Below the pieces are notes generated by a model that saw nothing but the letters and a program-made list of their open reading frames with translations, made no database searches and was not told where the DNA came from. This document shows positions 50,757 through 60,403 of a stretch of 64,000 nt of DNA, one piece after another. Source of the DNA: a bacterium (lineage in GTDB: Bacteria > Patescibacteriota > Minisyncoccia > Phycocordibacterales > UBA1550); the NCBI GenBank assembly GCA_030649835.1, contig JAUSES010000060.1, positions 6,411-70,410 of the forward strand, read 5' to 3'. A program made the position numbers and the translations under genes. Numbering within the stretch: the first letter of the stretch is position 1; each line of letters starts with the position of its first letter.

Positions 50757-53700
50757 TTACGGCGTATATGAATACGTCATAACAAGGGATGCGGAATTAA
50801 CGTATAGCGTTGTTGCGGCATCAGGTCTAACAGTAAATGTGTTTTGTGTTACTGTGTTTACTGTATTAACTTTGCGAATTATTTTGAAATAATTTCTGAA
50901 CGTACCAGACGGACCTCCCGGCAAAACATAGGTAACCGGCGATTCAGATTCATACTGAACAGTGACTGATGAATTTGTAGGTGAGACATTAGTGGTCTCA
51001 TAAATACCAGTAAGAGTAATGAACGAACTTTTAGCAGTAATGTTCGCCTCCGTTGTTGTAGCATAAAACTGATATATACCGGGGCTTGCGTTTGTTACAG
51101 GACTTGTTCCTCCTGCAACATAAAATTTTGTCGTCTTTGCGGGATTGTTTACGGTTGCTGTTAAGAATGTACTTATTCCGCTTACGGTTTCATTGCCTGC
51201 GGCATCCATGGAACGCACACGATAAGAATAAGTTGTGCCAGAGTTCAGATTTGAAAGAGCGATGCTGTGTAAATTCACTCTCGTCGGTAATACATCTGTG
51301 AGTGCGGTACATTCTGTCGTTCCTGCGCAATTGTACCCACCAGCGAACATACCACCGATGTTATACTCAATTCGACTAGTTGATACCTCGTCAGTAGTAT
51401 CCCATGTGATGGTTGCGCTGTTGCTACCTGGTAGTCCCGACGAAATATTTGTTACTGGAGGAGCGGTTGTGTCAATCTGGAAATCGGTCGAAGTTTCTGG
51501 AGATGCAGAATCAAACGATACCCAACTGCTATAATAATCCGATCCACTTTTATTATACCTCACGCGTGCTTGCCAGTGGTAAATATCGCCAGGTGGTGTT
51601 GATGTGGTTAAAAGATTAATAGTCCCGCCTCCATATGCTGTGCCAGTGCCCTCAAAACAATATGAATTCGCAGAACATGTTGAAGTAAAGTTTCTATTGG
51701 TTCCAAGAACAGGGCGCACCTCCACCTGTGAGTACATTGTTCCACCAGTTATAGCAGAAGATGTATCAAGAGTGTAACGAACCGGCGTTGAGGAAGCGGT
51801 TCCTCCAATAGAAATGGTGGCAAGACTAGCATCTCTTTGGGTAAGGTTTAGCGGATTATCTGGTACTAGCGAGAGAAGTGAAAAAATTACCGCATTTGAC
51901 TTATATATATTTGATGTTATAACCACGTTGCCAGACATGGCACTGGTGGGAACCTGTGTATTTACAGCTGTATCAGTCCATCCACCAATTCCCCACACCG
52001 TTGATGTCGCATACGAGTTAAAAACAATAACATTGTCGATTATACCAAAAGCTAGGGGGCACGTTCCACCTTGGCACAAATGATTGCCGGTTATCGTTAT
52101 GGGGTCTCCAACACTTGCAGATGGAGGAGAAATGATGCGTGGGAAAACACGGAAATTTGTCATTGTATAGGAATGCATTTTGTTGTTTGATCCTAACCCT
52201 TGTTTCATAATAAGACTTCCTGTGTTTATTGTGTCATCAATAACTGGTGGGACTTGCACTTGAATGAGCTCGTTCCCCCATGAATCAACATTCACCGTGC
52301 CAGTTGGAGAGGCACATGTTGTCACATCGCACCCCAAAATACGCACATATCCACCAGTTACGGCAGTACCAAACCTTGTACCATTTAATCTGACCTGCCC
52401 ATCTTTAAGGCCGTTTAAACATACGGAATCGGTGCCGTCGTGTTCGCGTCCGCCATCACCAACAGGAAATTCCGCTTTATTACACATTGTGAGAGAAATC
52501 ACTTGTGGAAATATGTAGAAATCAAGCCCTCCGCTTGCTGCCCCGCCAGCTGTTACTGCCAGAGCACCTACCCCTCCAAATTCGGAGCCCCAATCCGTAT
52601 CCGTGTCTCCAACATTTAATGTGTCAGTCTGAAAAGTAATCGATGTAGACGACCATGTGATTACATTTGCATCAGTAATCTGATGCGTTCCAATTTTTAT
52701 GTTGTCACTTATTGTAGAACAATTACCCGTACCACATGTGCGTACTCCAAAACCAAACCCCGTAATTACAACAGATTGCTTAAAGCCTACACCTCCTCCG
52801 ATACGCGCGCCACAACCAGTCCCTGCACAATTTGAATAGTCAAGTGCTGGCTCAGTGCTGTTGGTATAGCTTGTAATTTTTGGTTTTACTGTAGTGGTGC
52901 CAGCAAGAGACACGGGTGCGCCAGATTTAGCAGACAGTGCAGAGGTTACAACATCGGCAGGGAGGGCAATTTGAAAATTGATAGTCTCCCCTCCCTTGGG
53001 GTCACTTGCGCCATTTATCATATCTGCTCGAACATAAAAATAATATGTTGTTCCCGCCACAAGCGCGAGTGAGCCCGATACCGTCGCTGCTTCTGAAGTC
53101 AAGGACGCGACTGTCGTCCCGTACTGCCCTGTCACTCCATTTGCAAAATTGCCATCAGTGTCATAAAAGACCGCGAGGTTTGAAAGATTATTTGTCGCAT
53201 TGGTCGTTCCTGTTTCAGTGATTTTTGTAGAAGTAAGTGTCTCTCCCGCAGATGACACGAGAGTAAATGCGGAACAGGAAGCAGGGCTATTACAAGTCAC
53301 ATCATTTGCATACTGTGCGGTTGATCCAGAGTTCAGGCTTGCTACTTTATTGCCTGAGGTCGCACCAATGGCTAAGGTAAGGGGCGGTTTAAGGGCTATC
53401 GTCATCCTCGCTTGAATAGATGAGTTGAGGAGAGTTGCGGTACTGTTGCCCGTTGCTCCTGTGGTGAGTCTTGGCCCCACTGCTACGCCGAACCCTCCCC
53501 CACGTCCGGCATTTGTGTTAGCGTCGGCATTGAGTACCTCAGTCAAACTTGAAAGACCCCCGTTCGCCCATCCAGATGTCTGCGGAGTATTGTTTACATC
53601 TGTGTCATTTGCAACCACCGCAACCACGAGTGTTTCTGTGGATGTGGTAGTAACTCCCGGTATAGTCACTGCAGTTGATGCTGTTGCTAAAATGTCTCCC

Positions 53701-54173
53701 GCCGTCACATCCCACGGGTTCCCCGTAGCAATAACTCCTCTAAACGCGATGATCTGTGCAAACTGATGGTCTCCCGAGTCGGAAGTGGTTGGTGCGCCTT
53801 GTGTGCCATTGTACCTACTCCAAAATACGGTGAGTCGCGTTGCCCCTGCAATACCCGCAGTACCGGTGCCTTGTGGTGAATTCGTTACCTGCGCCCACAC
53901 ACCTCCGTTTGGTGTTGGGATGGTGATGGCCTGATTTGCGGTCTCAACAAAAAGAAGCAGGATGTCGTCCACCGCGAGCCCTGCTGGAAGAGGTGGTGTA
54001 ACTGCGGTTATTGCAGAGGCTTTTGCCCCCGCCGCAACGAGGGTGGGGGTAGCAGCATGTGCGTTGTTTATTTCAAAAAATGATGTTACTCCGGAAAAAC
54101 CAAAAAATAAGGCAACAGCAAAGACTGTAAAAATCCTAGAAAGCGTATTGAAAATAGTTCTCTTTTTTTTCAT
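50757..54173 (-). CDS. Large surface adhesin-like protein (IPT/TIG and FN3-like domains)
   Basis: Signal peptide; I.G..FG...W....I repeats; NL.SGTTYSYRVRS.D.AGN. Confidence 0.85.
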   Translation of the reverse strand: MKKKRTIFNTLSRIFTVFAVALFFGFSGVTSFFEINNAHAATPTLVAAGAKASAITAVTPPLPAGLAVDDILLLFVETANQAITIPTPNGGVWAQVTNSPQGTGTAGIAGATRLTVFWSRYNGTQGAPTTSDSGDHQFAQIIAFRGVIATGNPWDVTAGDILATASTAVTIPGVTTTSTETLVVAVVANDTDVNNTPQTSGWANGGLSSLTEVLNADANTNAGRGGGFGVAVGPRLTTGATGNSTATLLNSSIQARMTIALKPPLTLAIGATSGNKVASLNSGSTAQYANDVTCNSPASCSAFTLVSSAGETLTSTKITETGTTNATNNLSNLAVFYDTDGNFANGVTGQYGTTVASLTSEAATVSGSLALVAGTTYYFYVRADMINGASDPKGGETINFQIALPADVVTSALSAKSGAPVSLAGTTTVKPKITSYTNSTEPALDYSNCAGTGCGARIGGGVGFKQSVVITGFGFGVRTCGTGNCSTISDNIKIGTHQITDANVITWSSTSITFQTDTLNVGDTDTDWGSEFGGVGALAVTAGGAASGGLDFYIFPQVISLTMCNKAEFPVGDGGREHDGTDSVCLNGLKDGQVRLNGTRFGTAVTGGYVRILGCDVTTCASPTGTVNVDSWGNELIQVQVPPVIDDTINTGSLIMKQGLGSNNKMHSYTMTNFRVFPRIISPPSASVGDPITITGNHLCQGGTCPLAFGIIDNVIVFNSYATSTVWGIGGWTDTAVNTQVPTSAMSGNVVITSNIYKSNAVIFSLLSLVPDNPLNLTQRDASLATISIGGTASSTPVRYTLDTSSAITGGTMYSQVEVRPVLGTNRNFTSTCSANSYCFEGTGTAYGGGTINLLTTSTPPGDIYHWQARVRYNKSGSDYYSSWVSFDSASPETSTDFQIDTTAPPVTNISSGLPGSNSATITWDTTDEVSTSRIEYNIGGMFAGGYNCAGTTECTALTDVLPTRVNLHSIALSNLNSGTTYSYRVRSMDAAGNETVSGISTFLTATVNNPAKTTKFYVAGGTSPVTNASPGIYQFYATTTEANITAKSSFITLTGIYETTNVSPTNSSVTVQYESESPVTYVLPGGPSGTFRNYFKIIRKVNTVNTVTQNTFTVRPDAATTLYVNSASLVMTYSYTP

Positions 54174-54221
54174 TTAGTATGCTCCAAAACTACAAATAGT
54201 ATACCACACCAACTAAATTGT

Positions 54222-54890
54222 TTAACTCTGAAGTTCTAGTGTTGTACCACTCGTATTTATGTTTCCGTCCTGCGCTTCATACGTGTTGTTAGAGCAGGTT
54301 TTTACACCCGTTGCCACACCACCTGACCAATCAGCTTGATTACAAATCTTATTCTTCCACCGAAATAAATAATTATTTATCGTAAGAGGGCTCCCCGCGC
54401 CCTGCCACGAAACCACCACGGACACCTTCTGTGTACTCGGGTCATTAAAATAATTATTTACTGGTGTACAGATAGTACTGCTTGCGATACTTCTACTACT
54501 ATCATTGCACCTGCTTACATTGTCTACAATAAAATACCGCGTGTAACTCGCATTGTTAAGCAAGATTGTCTCATCACCAGATGTAACGGTTAGGAGGCCA
54601 CTAGAGGGTGCCGTTTTATAATGTGTGATTCCCTTCCCTGTTAGGTTATAGATATTCTGCCACTTTTCATCGGCTACTGCGCGCACCGCTTCCAGTGTTT
54701 CATTTGCAAGGCCCATCGCTACGTCATTTTCACCAGAGGTTTTTCCACTTTGCATGCTTACATACACTGCCTGAGAACCAATAGACAAAATAATCGCAAG
54801 GATGGATATCGCCACAAGTAGCTCCAAAAGAAGAGCTCCACGAACGAGGGAGTAACGAGGGATGGGGAATGGGGAATGTTTATTTCTCAT
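54222..54890 (-). CDS. PilV-like minor pilin
   Basis: RG|ALLLELLVAI; LA.E.LEAVR; V.V.VSW. Confidence 0.85.
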   Translation of the reverse strand: MRNKHSPFPIPRYSLVRGALLLELLVAISILAIILSIGSQAVYVSMQSGKTSGENDVAMGLANETLEAVRAVADEKWQNIYNLTGKGITHYKTAPSSGLLTVTSGDETILLNNASYTRYFIVDNVSRCNDSSRSIASSTICTPVNNYFNDPSTQKVSVVVSWQGAGSPLTINNYLFRWKNKICNQADWSGGVATGVKTCSNNTYEAQDGNINTSGTTLELQS

Positions 54891-54891
54891 G

Positions 54892-55515
54892 CTAGTTTAT
54901 TGTACCGATACTTGAAATGGTTATGGTCTCCATTGTGTTCCCTGACAAGATGCTAATTGTGGTTGAAGTTGTCGTGCCGGAAATTCTCGAAAAAATAATA
55001 TCCTTACTCGTTCCTGCGCTCGGGTCAGAAAACGTCACTCCACTTGAAAGTGTTGTTGTTCCTGTTATTGTTCCTCCTGCATACCCGGTAGCTGTTGAAA
55101 AAATCTCATAGTAGTGGGGCCCGCCGTTTGTGTTAACTACGTGCACTCCCCACTTTAGTTCCGCCTCCCCCGACATAGATTTAGAGCGCATATGCTTTAA
55201 ATCACTGGCAATTGCTCTCGAAACGGACTGAACTTCTATCTTCGTTACAGCGCCATGATAAAAACCCGATCCCGCAGCTCCTAAAATAGCTACAATAGCA
55301 ACAACAATAAGGAGCTCCAAGAGGCTAAAACCACGGGGGGAACGAGTGGGAACGAGTGGGAACGAGGGGGAACGAGAATGCACATTTGGGACAGAGAGAA
55401 CAGTGGGGACAGAAACGCACAGTCGCTCCGTGACTGTGCGTTTCTTTTGTCCCCCGGTTCTTACCGTTCCCCTTGTGTATTTTTCGTTCCCCCCGTTGTT
55501 GTTCTTTATAATCAT
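54892..55515 (-). CDS. FimT/GspH-like minor pilin with a repeat-expanded leader
   Basis: RG|FSLLELLIVVAI; F.RISG; ~62-aa low-complexity leader. Confidence 0.85.
   Translation of the reverse strand: MIIKNNNGGNEKYTRGTVRTGGQKKRTVTERLCVSVPTVLSVPNVHSRSPSFPLVPTRSPRGFSLLELLIVVAIVAILGAAGSGFYHGAVTKIEVQSVSRAIASDLKHMRSKSMSGEAELKWGVHVVNTNGGPHYYEIFSTATGYAGGTITGTTTLSSGVTFSDPSAGTSKDIIFSRISGTTTSTTISILSGNTMETITISSIGTIN
55330..55500. repeat. GGGGAAC-rich bipolar repeat with a central hairpin
   Basis: G-rich arm, AGAAACGCACAGTC-GCTCCGT-GACTGTGCGTTTCT, C-rich arm. Confidence 0.75.
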
Positions 55516-55517
55516 GA

Positions 55518-55904
55518 TTATTTTTTTGGAGTCCGTAAAATCGAATTACGAAAAGAGATTAGTTGATGAGCAAGAAACTCCGCATTTTTAAGCAATTCAT
55601 TGTGTTCATCTATGGAAAAATACTTACTATCAAAAGCAACATCGAAGCAAGCAACAACCTCGTTAAGCGAAGTATGTGCTATGTTCAAAAAATGAGCAAA
55701 ATCCTTATCTGTCCCTCTGTCAGCCCCCTCTGCAATATTAAGCAATACAGAATCGAGTGCACGACATAATTGCTGTTGTAAAGAAAATTGTTCACGTTTA
55801 GGAAATTTTGCATAGGATATCTTTTTTGCAGAGGAAATAAAAGCTCGCACATCTGCGTATACAGGAAATTCTCGGAACCTAAATATTCTATGCGTGTTTG
55901 TCAT
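55518..55904 (-). CDS. Four-helix-bundle protein (23S rRNA-IVP/Avd-like family)
   Basis: FP.REQFSL..QL.RA..SV.LNIAEG..R...DF.HFL.IA..SL.E. Confidence 0.93.
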   Translation of the reverse strand: MTNTHRIFRFREFPVYADVRAFISSAKKISYAKFPKREQFSLQQQLCRALDSVLLNIAEGADRGTDKDFAHFLNIAHTSLNEVVACFDVAFDSKYFSIDEHNELLKNAEFLAHQLISFRNSILRTPKK

Positions 55905-56035
55905 TTTTTATAGTATCCTAACTCTTTAGTCCTTTATGTTCTATCGTTCCCCCTCCTTCCCCTTGTGGGTTACTGTCCCAAGTGTGCATTTCTGTTCCCC
56001 CTGTTCCCCTCGTCCCAAACGTTCCTTCCCTCCCC

Positions 56036-57253
56036 CTATGTAAAATGTCCTACAAGCTGATAAATAGGAAGGATAATAGAAACAGCAATGGATCCAACAA
56101 GGAGGCCCATAATGAGCAGGAGTGCAGGCTCCAGAACTGCAGTGAGGTCCTTGAGCTTGTTGTCCACATCTTCTTCGTAAAAATCTGAAAATGTAATCAG
56201 GATTTCAGATAGTGTACCTGTGCGCTCCCCTACTACAGAGAGACTCACAAGAAGTCGTGGAAAAAGTTCCGGAAACTTTAGGAGCGCATCTGAAATAGAA
56301 ATTCCATTTTTTACATCATCAACAACAGCAGAGATCGCTCTCTGATAGTTAAGGTTTCCCACAGAATCTCCTGCAGACTGGAGAGAATCCACGGCAGAAA
56401 GCCCACTTGACATCAGGTTGCCAAGTGTGCGGGTAAACCTCACCAAGGCAATCTTTCTTACCAACTCATTTGCAACAGGCGTATGTGAAATAACCCAGAA
56501 AAAAACCTTCTTACCTGTTCGTGTTGTCCTAAAATAGATAAAAAACCATACAATAAATGCGAAGGCAAAAATATCAAGGAAAAAATTATAGGTAAGAGCG
56601 TTTGAAATAGCGAGAAAAAACTTTGTGAACCATGGGAGCGCAACGCCACTTGAAGCGAATGCTTTCGTGAGCTTTGGAAGAACAAAAATAAGAAGGAGGG
56701 AAACAACACCAAGTGAGGCAACGAGCAAAATAACTGGGTAGGTTAATGCAGATTTGACTCTTGCGCGTAGTGCATATTCCTTTGAAAGATATTTACCGAG
56801 CTCAGCAAAGGTACGATCAAGCTGACCCGATGCCTCGCCCGAACGAAGCATCCCTAAAAATACTGGAGGAAATGACTCTGCGTAATTTTCAAATCCCATA
56901 GAAAGTGGCTGTCCGTTTTTTACGATTGCCTGAATCTCTTGCAACATATTCTTTACCACTTTTTTTTCTGTATCTTGTATAAGGATGTCTAGCGCCTCTA
57001 CTACAGACAGTCCTGCTTTAATTGTCGCGGACAAGTTGCGTACCAGAAACAAAATATCCACTGAGTTAATTTTTTCAAAAAGGGACATGGAGAGGTTTAT
57101 CCCCTTTTTCCCTCCACCGAGGAGCTTTACTGTTATGGGAGTAAGATCGCGTCGAAGTAGGTACCCCACAGCCTCATCACGTGTGTCCGCCTCGTACTCC
57201 CCGCGCACAATCGCTCCGTCACGGTTATATGTTTCGTAAAGATATATTGCCAT
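56036..57253 (-). CDS. pilC: Type IV pilus platform protein PilC
   Basis: L...IKAGL, GE.SG.L, ALTYP, VGERTGTL, LEP. Confidence 0.95.
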   Translation of the reverse strand: MAIYLYETYNRDGAIVRGEYEADTRDEAVGYLLRRDLTPITVKLLGGGKKGINLSMSLFEKINSVDILFLVRNLSATIKAGLSVVEALDILIQDTEKKVVKNMLQEIQAIVKNGQPLSMGFENYAESFPPVFLGMLRSGEASGQLDRTFAELGKYLSKEYALRARVKSALTYPVILLVASLGVVSLLLIFVLPKLTKAFASSGVALPWFTKFFLAISNALTYNFFLDIFAFAFIVWFFIYFRTTRTGKKVFFWVISHTPVANELVRKIALVRFTRTLGNLMSSGLSAVDSLQSAGDSVGNLNYQRAISAVVDDVKNGISISDALLKFPELFPRLLVSLSVVGERTGTLSEILITFSDFYEEDVDNKLKDLTAVLEPALLLIMGLLVGSIAVSIILPIYQLVGHFT

Positions 57254-57258
57254 AATAA

Positions 57259-58977
57259 TTATTCCTTAACTACTCTTAAAATTTCCTCTATGGTTGTCGT
57301 CCCGCGCTCCACCTTGTTTAAACCATCAGCAAACATGCTGGTCATACCATCTTCAATTGCGCGCTTGCGAATCTCATTAACATTTGCCTCGCGAAGAATA
57401 AATTCTCGTATGGTATCAGTAATTATAAAAAATTCAAATATACCAATTTGACCCTGAAACCCAGAATTCCCACAAACTTTGCACCCCTTTCCTCTGTATA
57501 ACGTAGTAGGAACATTATGAGAAACATTTCCCGAAAGCTCCATCTGCGCTTTTATCAACCGCACAATTTCAGGACTTGCGGAGTATGACTCAGTGCACGA
57601 AGCACAAATGCGGCGCACCAAACGCTGAGCAATAACCAGGTTTACGGTGGAAGAAAGAAGAAATGCCTGTGCTCCCATGTCAAGCAACCGTGGAAGCGCT
57701 GATGTCGCGTCGTTAGTATGAAGTGACGATAACACAAGGTGCCCCGTCAGTGCTGCATGCACAGCAATTTCAGCTGTTTCGTTATCACGAATCTCTCCGA
57801 TCATAATGATATCAGGATTCTGACGAAGAAGCGCGCGAAGTCCATTTGCGAAGGTTATTCCTGATTTTAGATTTACCTGCGTCTGGTTTACACGAGGAAA
57901 TTCATATTCGATAGGGTCCTCGATTGTGGTAATGTTAACTGTTGGGGTATTAAGAATTTGCAGTATCGCGTAGAGCGTGGTTGTTTTTCCATGTCCTGTT
58001 GGACCTGTAACAAGAACCATTCCGTGTGGTTTTCTAATTTCATTAAAAAGGATTTCTATACCCTCGTCTGAAACACCCAAATCTTTTAGTGTAAGTGGTC
58101 GTGCAGATCCTTTCAAAATACGCATTTCAACTTTTTCACCATGGAAAACAGGCATTATATTTACACGTATATCAATAGATGCTCCGTCGTCCATGTCAAA
58201 ATGAAAACGTCCGTCTTGGGGGGTGCGGTGCTCGTCTATTTGCATTCCAGCTAGAATTTTTACTCGCGCGACGAGCACAGGGGCTATCGCTTTTGGGAGA
58301 CTCACTATTTCCTGCATGATACCATCAATACGAAATCGTACTAAAAGCTCCTTATCCAATGGTTCAAAATGAATGTCCGAGCTATTCAAACTCGCGGCAT
58401 GATCAATGATATTGTCCAGAATACTTACGATGGGGACGGCTGTTGCACCTTTTGTTACATCGCCTTCACCGGTAATTGCTAGAGACTGCTCTACGTTTTC
58501 TGAAATAATCTGATCAAAATTTATACCAACTTTTTTCTTGTATTGTTTTAGTCCAAAACGAAGGCTTGGAAATGCGGTTAAATACACATCCACCCATCCC
58601 CCCACGCGCGCCCGCACGTATTCAATGGTTTCGTAGTCAAAAGGATCAAGCATCGCGAGCTTTGCACGATTTTCTACCTTGTCATAGGCAAACAAAACAA
58701 TGTTTTTAGATTTTGCATACACCTCAGGAATAAGTTCTAGGACTTCCGGGTCTATCGGTTCTCCCTCTTTTTTTAGATTTATAATCGGTACTCCATAATA
58801 TGGTGAAAGAAGCTCTGCGAAATAATCCTCAGGGATTTTCCCTCTCCCAATGAGTACATTTTGAATGGTGTGTCCCGAGCGTCGAGCTTCCTCTACGGCA
58901 ACTGCAAACTCGTCGTCAGTTACTAAGCCTGACTCAACTACAATAGATTTTAATTTGTCTGGCGTGATGTGCATCAT
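57259..58977 (-). CDS. pilB: Type IV pilus assembly ATPase PilB
   Basis: SDIHFEP, PQDGR, GPTGHGKTTTLY, EDPIE, LRQNPD...GEIRD, TGHLV.S.LH, tetracysteine motif. Confidence 0.95.
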   Translation of the reverse strand: MMHITPDKLKSIVVESGLVTDDEFAVAVEEARRSGHTIQNVLIGRGKIPEDYFAELLSPYYGVPIINLKKEGEPIDPEVLELIPEVYAKSKNIVLFAYDKVENRAKLAMLDPFDYETIEYVRARVGGWVDVYLTAFPSLRFGLKQYKKKVGINFDQIISENVEQSLAITGEGDVTKGATAVPIVSILDNIIDHAASLNSSDIHFEPLDKELLVRFRIDGIMQEIVSLPKAIAPVLVARVKILAGMQIDEHRTPQDGRFHFDMDDGASIDIRVNIMPVFHGEKVEMRILKGSARPLTLKDLGVSDEGIEILFNEIRKPHGMVLVTGPTGHGKTTTLYAILQILNTPTVNITTIEDPIEYEFPRVNQTQVNLKSGITFANGLRALLRQNPDIIMIGEIRDNETAEIAVHAALTGHLVLSSLHTNDATSALPRLLDMGAQAFLLSSTVNLVIAQRLVRRICASCTESYSASPEIVRLIKAQMELSGNVSHNVPTTLYRGKGCKVCGNSGFQGQIGIFEFFIITDTIREFILREANVNEIRKRAIEDGMTSMFADGLNKVERGTTTIEEILRVVKE

Positions 58978-58983
58978 AAATAG

Positions 58984-59045
58984 TATACTCCTGAGCCTTA
59001 CTTTTTCATAGTATATACTATGAAAAAGTAAGGCTCAGGAGTATA
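58984..59045. repeat. Perfect 62-bp palindrome with no loop, just upstream of pilB
   Basis: TATACTCCTGAGCCTTACTTTTTCATAGTAT followed by its exact reverse complement. Confidence 0.95.
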
Positions 59046-59061
59046 AGGAGATTTTAATATG

Positions 59062-59095
59062 CAAAACAAAAGCGCCTCGCGGCGCTTTTGTTTTG
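59062..59095 (-). terminator. Terminator after the major pilin
   Basis: CAAAACAAAAGCGCC-TCGC-GGCGCTTTTGTTTTG. Confidence 0.8.
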
Positions 59096-59118
59096 TGAAC
59101 TACTAATCGAGAGATTGA

Positions 59119-59658
59119 CTAGAGTGCTAGATTTGTTCCCACCTCATAGCGAGTGTCGTCAGTTCCGCCATCCGTTGCATTTAACATACGTGGGCTATAT
59201 TCAGAACTTTCAAGTACTGCGCTAACCTCAAAGGTTTTAGCAGTATTGTTACACTTATAAGCGTATCCCATTGCGCCGCTGTTTACTGGATCAACAGGAA
59301 GACTTGAGATTGGAGATCCACTTGTAAGGGAGTTAAGATTGATTGGTAACCAACCCGTTCCGTCTGTAAGCACGCTTAGGGTCGTTGTGCTACTGCTCCA
59401 TGGAGCACAAGCGACATCTGTATTCCCATTCATCCATGGTGTAGATGTACTTGTAAGGTAGAGTCCAAGCGCAGTCTTGATAGTATTCAAATCAGAAATA
59501 CGCTGAGTGTCGCGAGATTTCTTCAGAGTTTCCGCTGGGTTCAAGATGAGCACGAGTGCGACTGATAAAATTGCGATGATCGAAATAACGATCAAAAGTT
59601 CAAGGAGAGTAAAGCCCTTTGCGTGACCTGCTCCTTTTTTCATATTCATTGAAATCAT
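59119..59658 (-). CDS. Major type IV pilin
   Basis: KG|FTLLELLIVISIIAIL...LNP...KSRD.QR.SD, LPVDP; has its own terminator. Confidence 0.92.
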   Translation of the reverse strand: MISMNMKKGAGHAKGFTLLELLIVISIIAILSVALVLILNPAETLKKSRDTQRISDLNTIKTALGLYLTSTSTPWMNGNTDVACAPWSSSTTTLSVLTDGTGWLPINLNSLTSGSPISSLPVDPVNSGAMGYAYKCNNTAKTFEVSAVLESSEYSPRMLNATDGGTDDTRYEVGTNLAL

Positions 59659-59744
59659 ATTCTTTAAAAATTAATTAATTACTACCACAATATTATACCA
59701 AGGTGTTTCGGGAAAAGGAAATAGGGCTGTGGATAACTCGGAAG

Positions 59745-60020
59745 GGGGAACGGGGGTGCACAGGGGGAACGTTTGGGACAATGGCCCACAAGGGGAACGC
59801 GTGGGGACTTGGGAGGGGCACACACGGGACAGGAACCCACAAGGGGAACGAGGACTCACTGAGGGAACAGGGATACACATTGGGGACAGGGGGAACGGAA
59901 ATGCACACTTGGGACGGGGGGAACAAATAACGCACAGTCGCGTAGCGTCTGTGCGTTATTCGTTCCCCCTGTTCCCCCTGTCCCAAGTGTGCCCCTCCCA
60001 AGTTCCCTCTGTTCTCGCGT
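59745..60020. repeat. Expanded GGGGAAC/GGGAC bipolar repeat with a central hairpin
   Basis: About 10 degenerate GGGGAAC/GGGAC units, AATAACGCACAG...CTGTGCGTTATT hairpin, then GTTCCCC units. Confidence 0.8.
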
Positions 60021-60022
60021 TG

Positions 60023-60397
60023 CTACGCGAGATACCCCTTTACCTTATCTATAATCTCCTGTATTGGGTAGTCCACCTTTACCAGATATTCCTTTGCGCC
60101 AAGTGCGAGCGCGCGGTCCTGGTCCACCTGTTGCCCTAGGTTCGAAAGAACGACGACAGGAATATTGGCAATATCAGGGTTTTTTTGAAGGTCTTCAAGT
60201 ACGCTAAATCCATCCTTTTTGGGGAGCATGATATCAAGGAGAATGAGATCTGGTCTTTCACTAATAATTTTTGGAATCGCTTCCTCCCCACTACGCACAA
60301 GACACGAGGCTATCCCCTCTTTGGCAAACTTAATTTCATACACCTTTGAAATATGCTCATCGTCCTCCACTATTAAAACTTTTTTCATGATGTCCAT
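60023..60397 (-). CDS. Single-domain response regulator
   Basis: LIVEDD, PDLILLDIMLP..DG, LSNL, YLVK. Confidence 0.95.
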   Translation of the reverse strand: MDIMKKVLIVEDDEHISKVYEIKFAKEGIASCLVRSGEEAIPKIISERPDLILLDIMLPKKDGFSVLEDLQKNPDIANIPVVVLSNLGQQVDQDRALALGAKEYLVKVDYPIQEIIDKVKGYLA

Positions 60398-60403
60398 AAA
60401 ATA

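Noticed and set aside
51991-51999. CCCCACACC matching the MITE end
   Set aside because: It lies inside an intact CDS (TVWG codons), with no partner inverted repeat or duplication seen nearby.
55518-55904. Diversity-generating retroelement, suggested by the Avd-like protein
   Set aside because: No reverse transcriptase in the window and no TR/VR pair with adenine-specific mismatches seen.
59745-59925. Possible CRISPR array
   Set aside because: Units are short, degenerate and irregularly spaced, with no unique spacers and no cas genes in the window.
59693-60139. Overlapping Pro/Gly-rich ORFs on both strands
   Set aside because: They are translations of the GGGGAAC repeat tract, with no domain signal.
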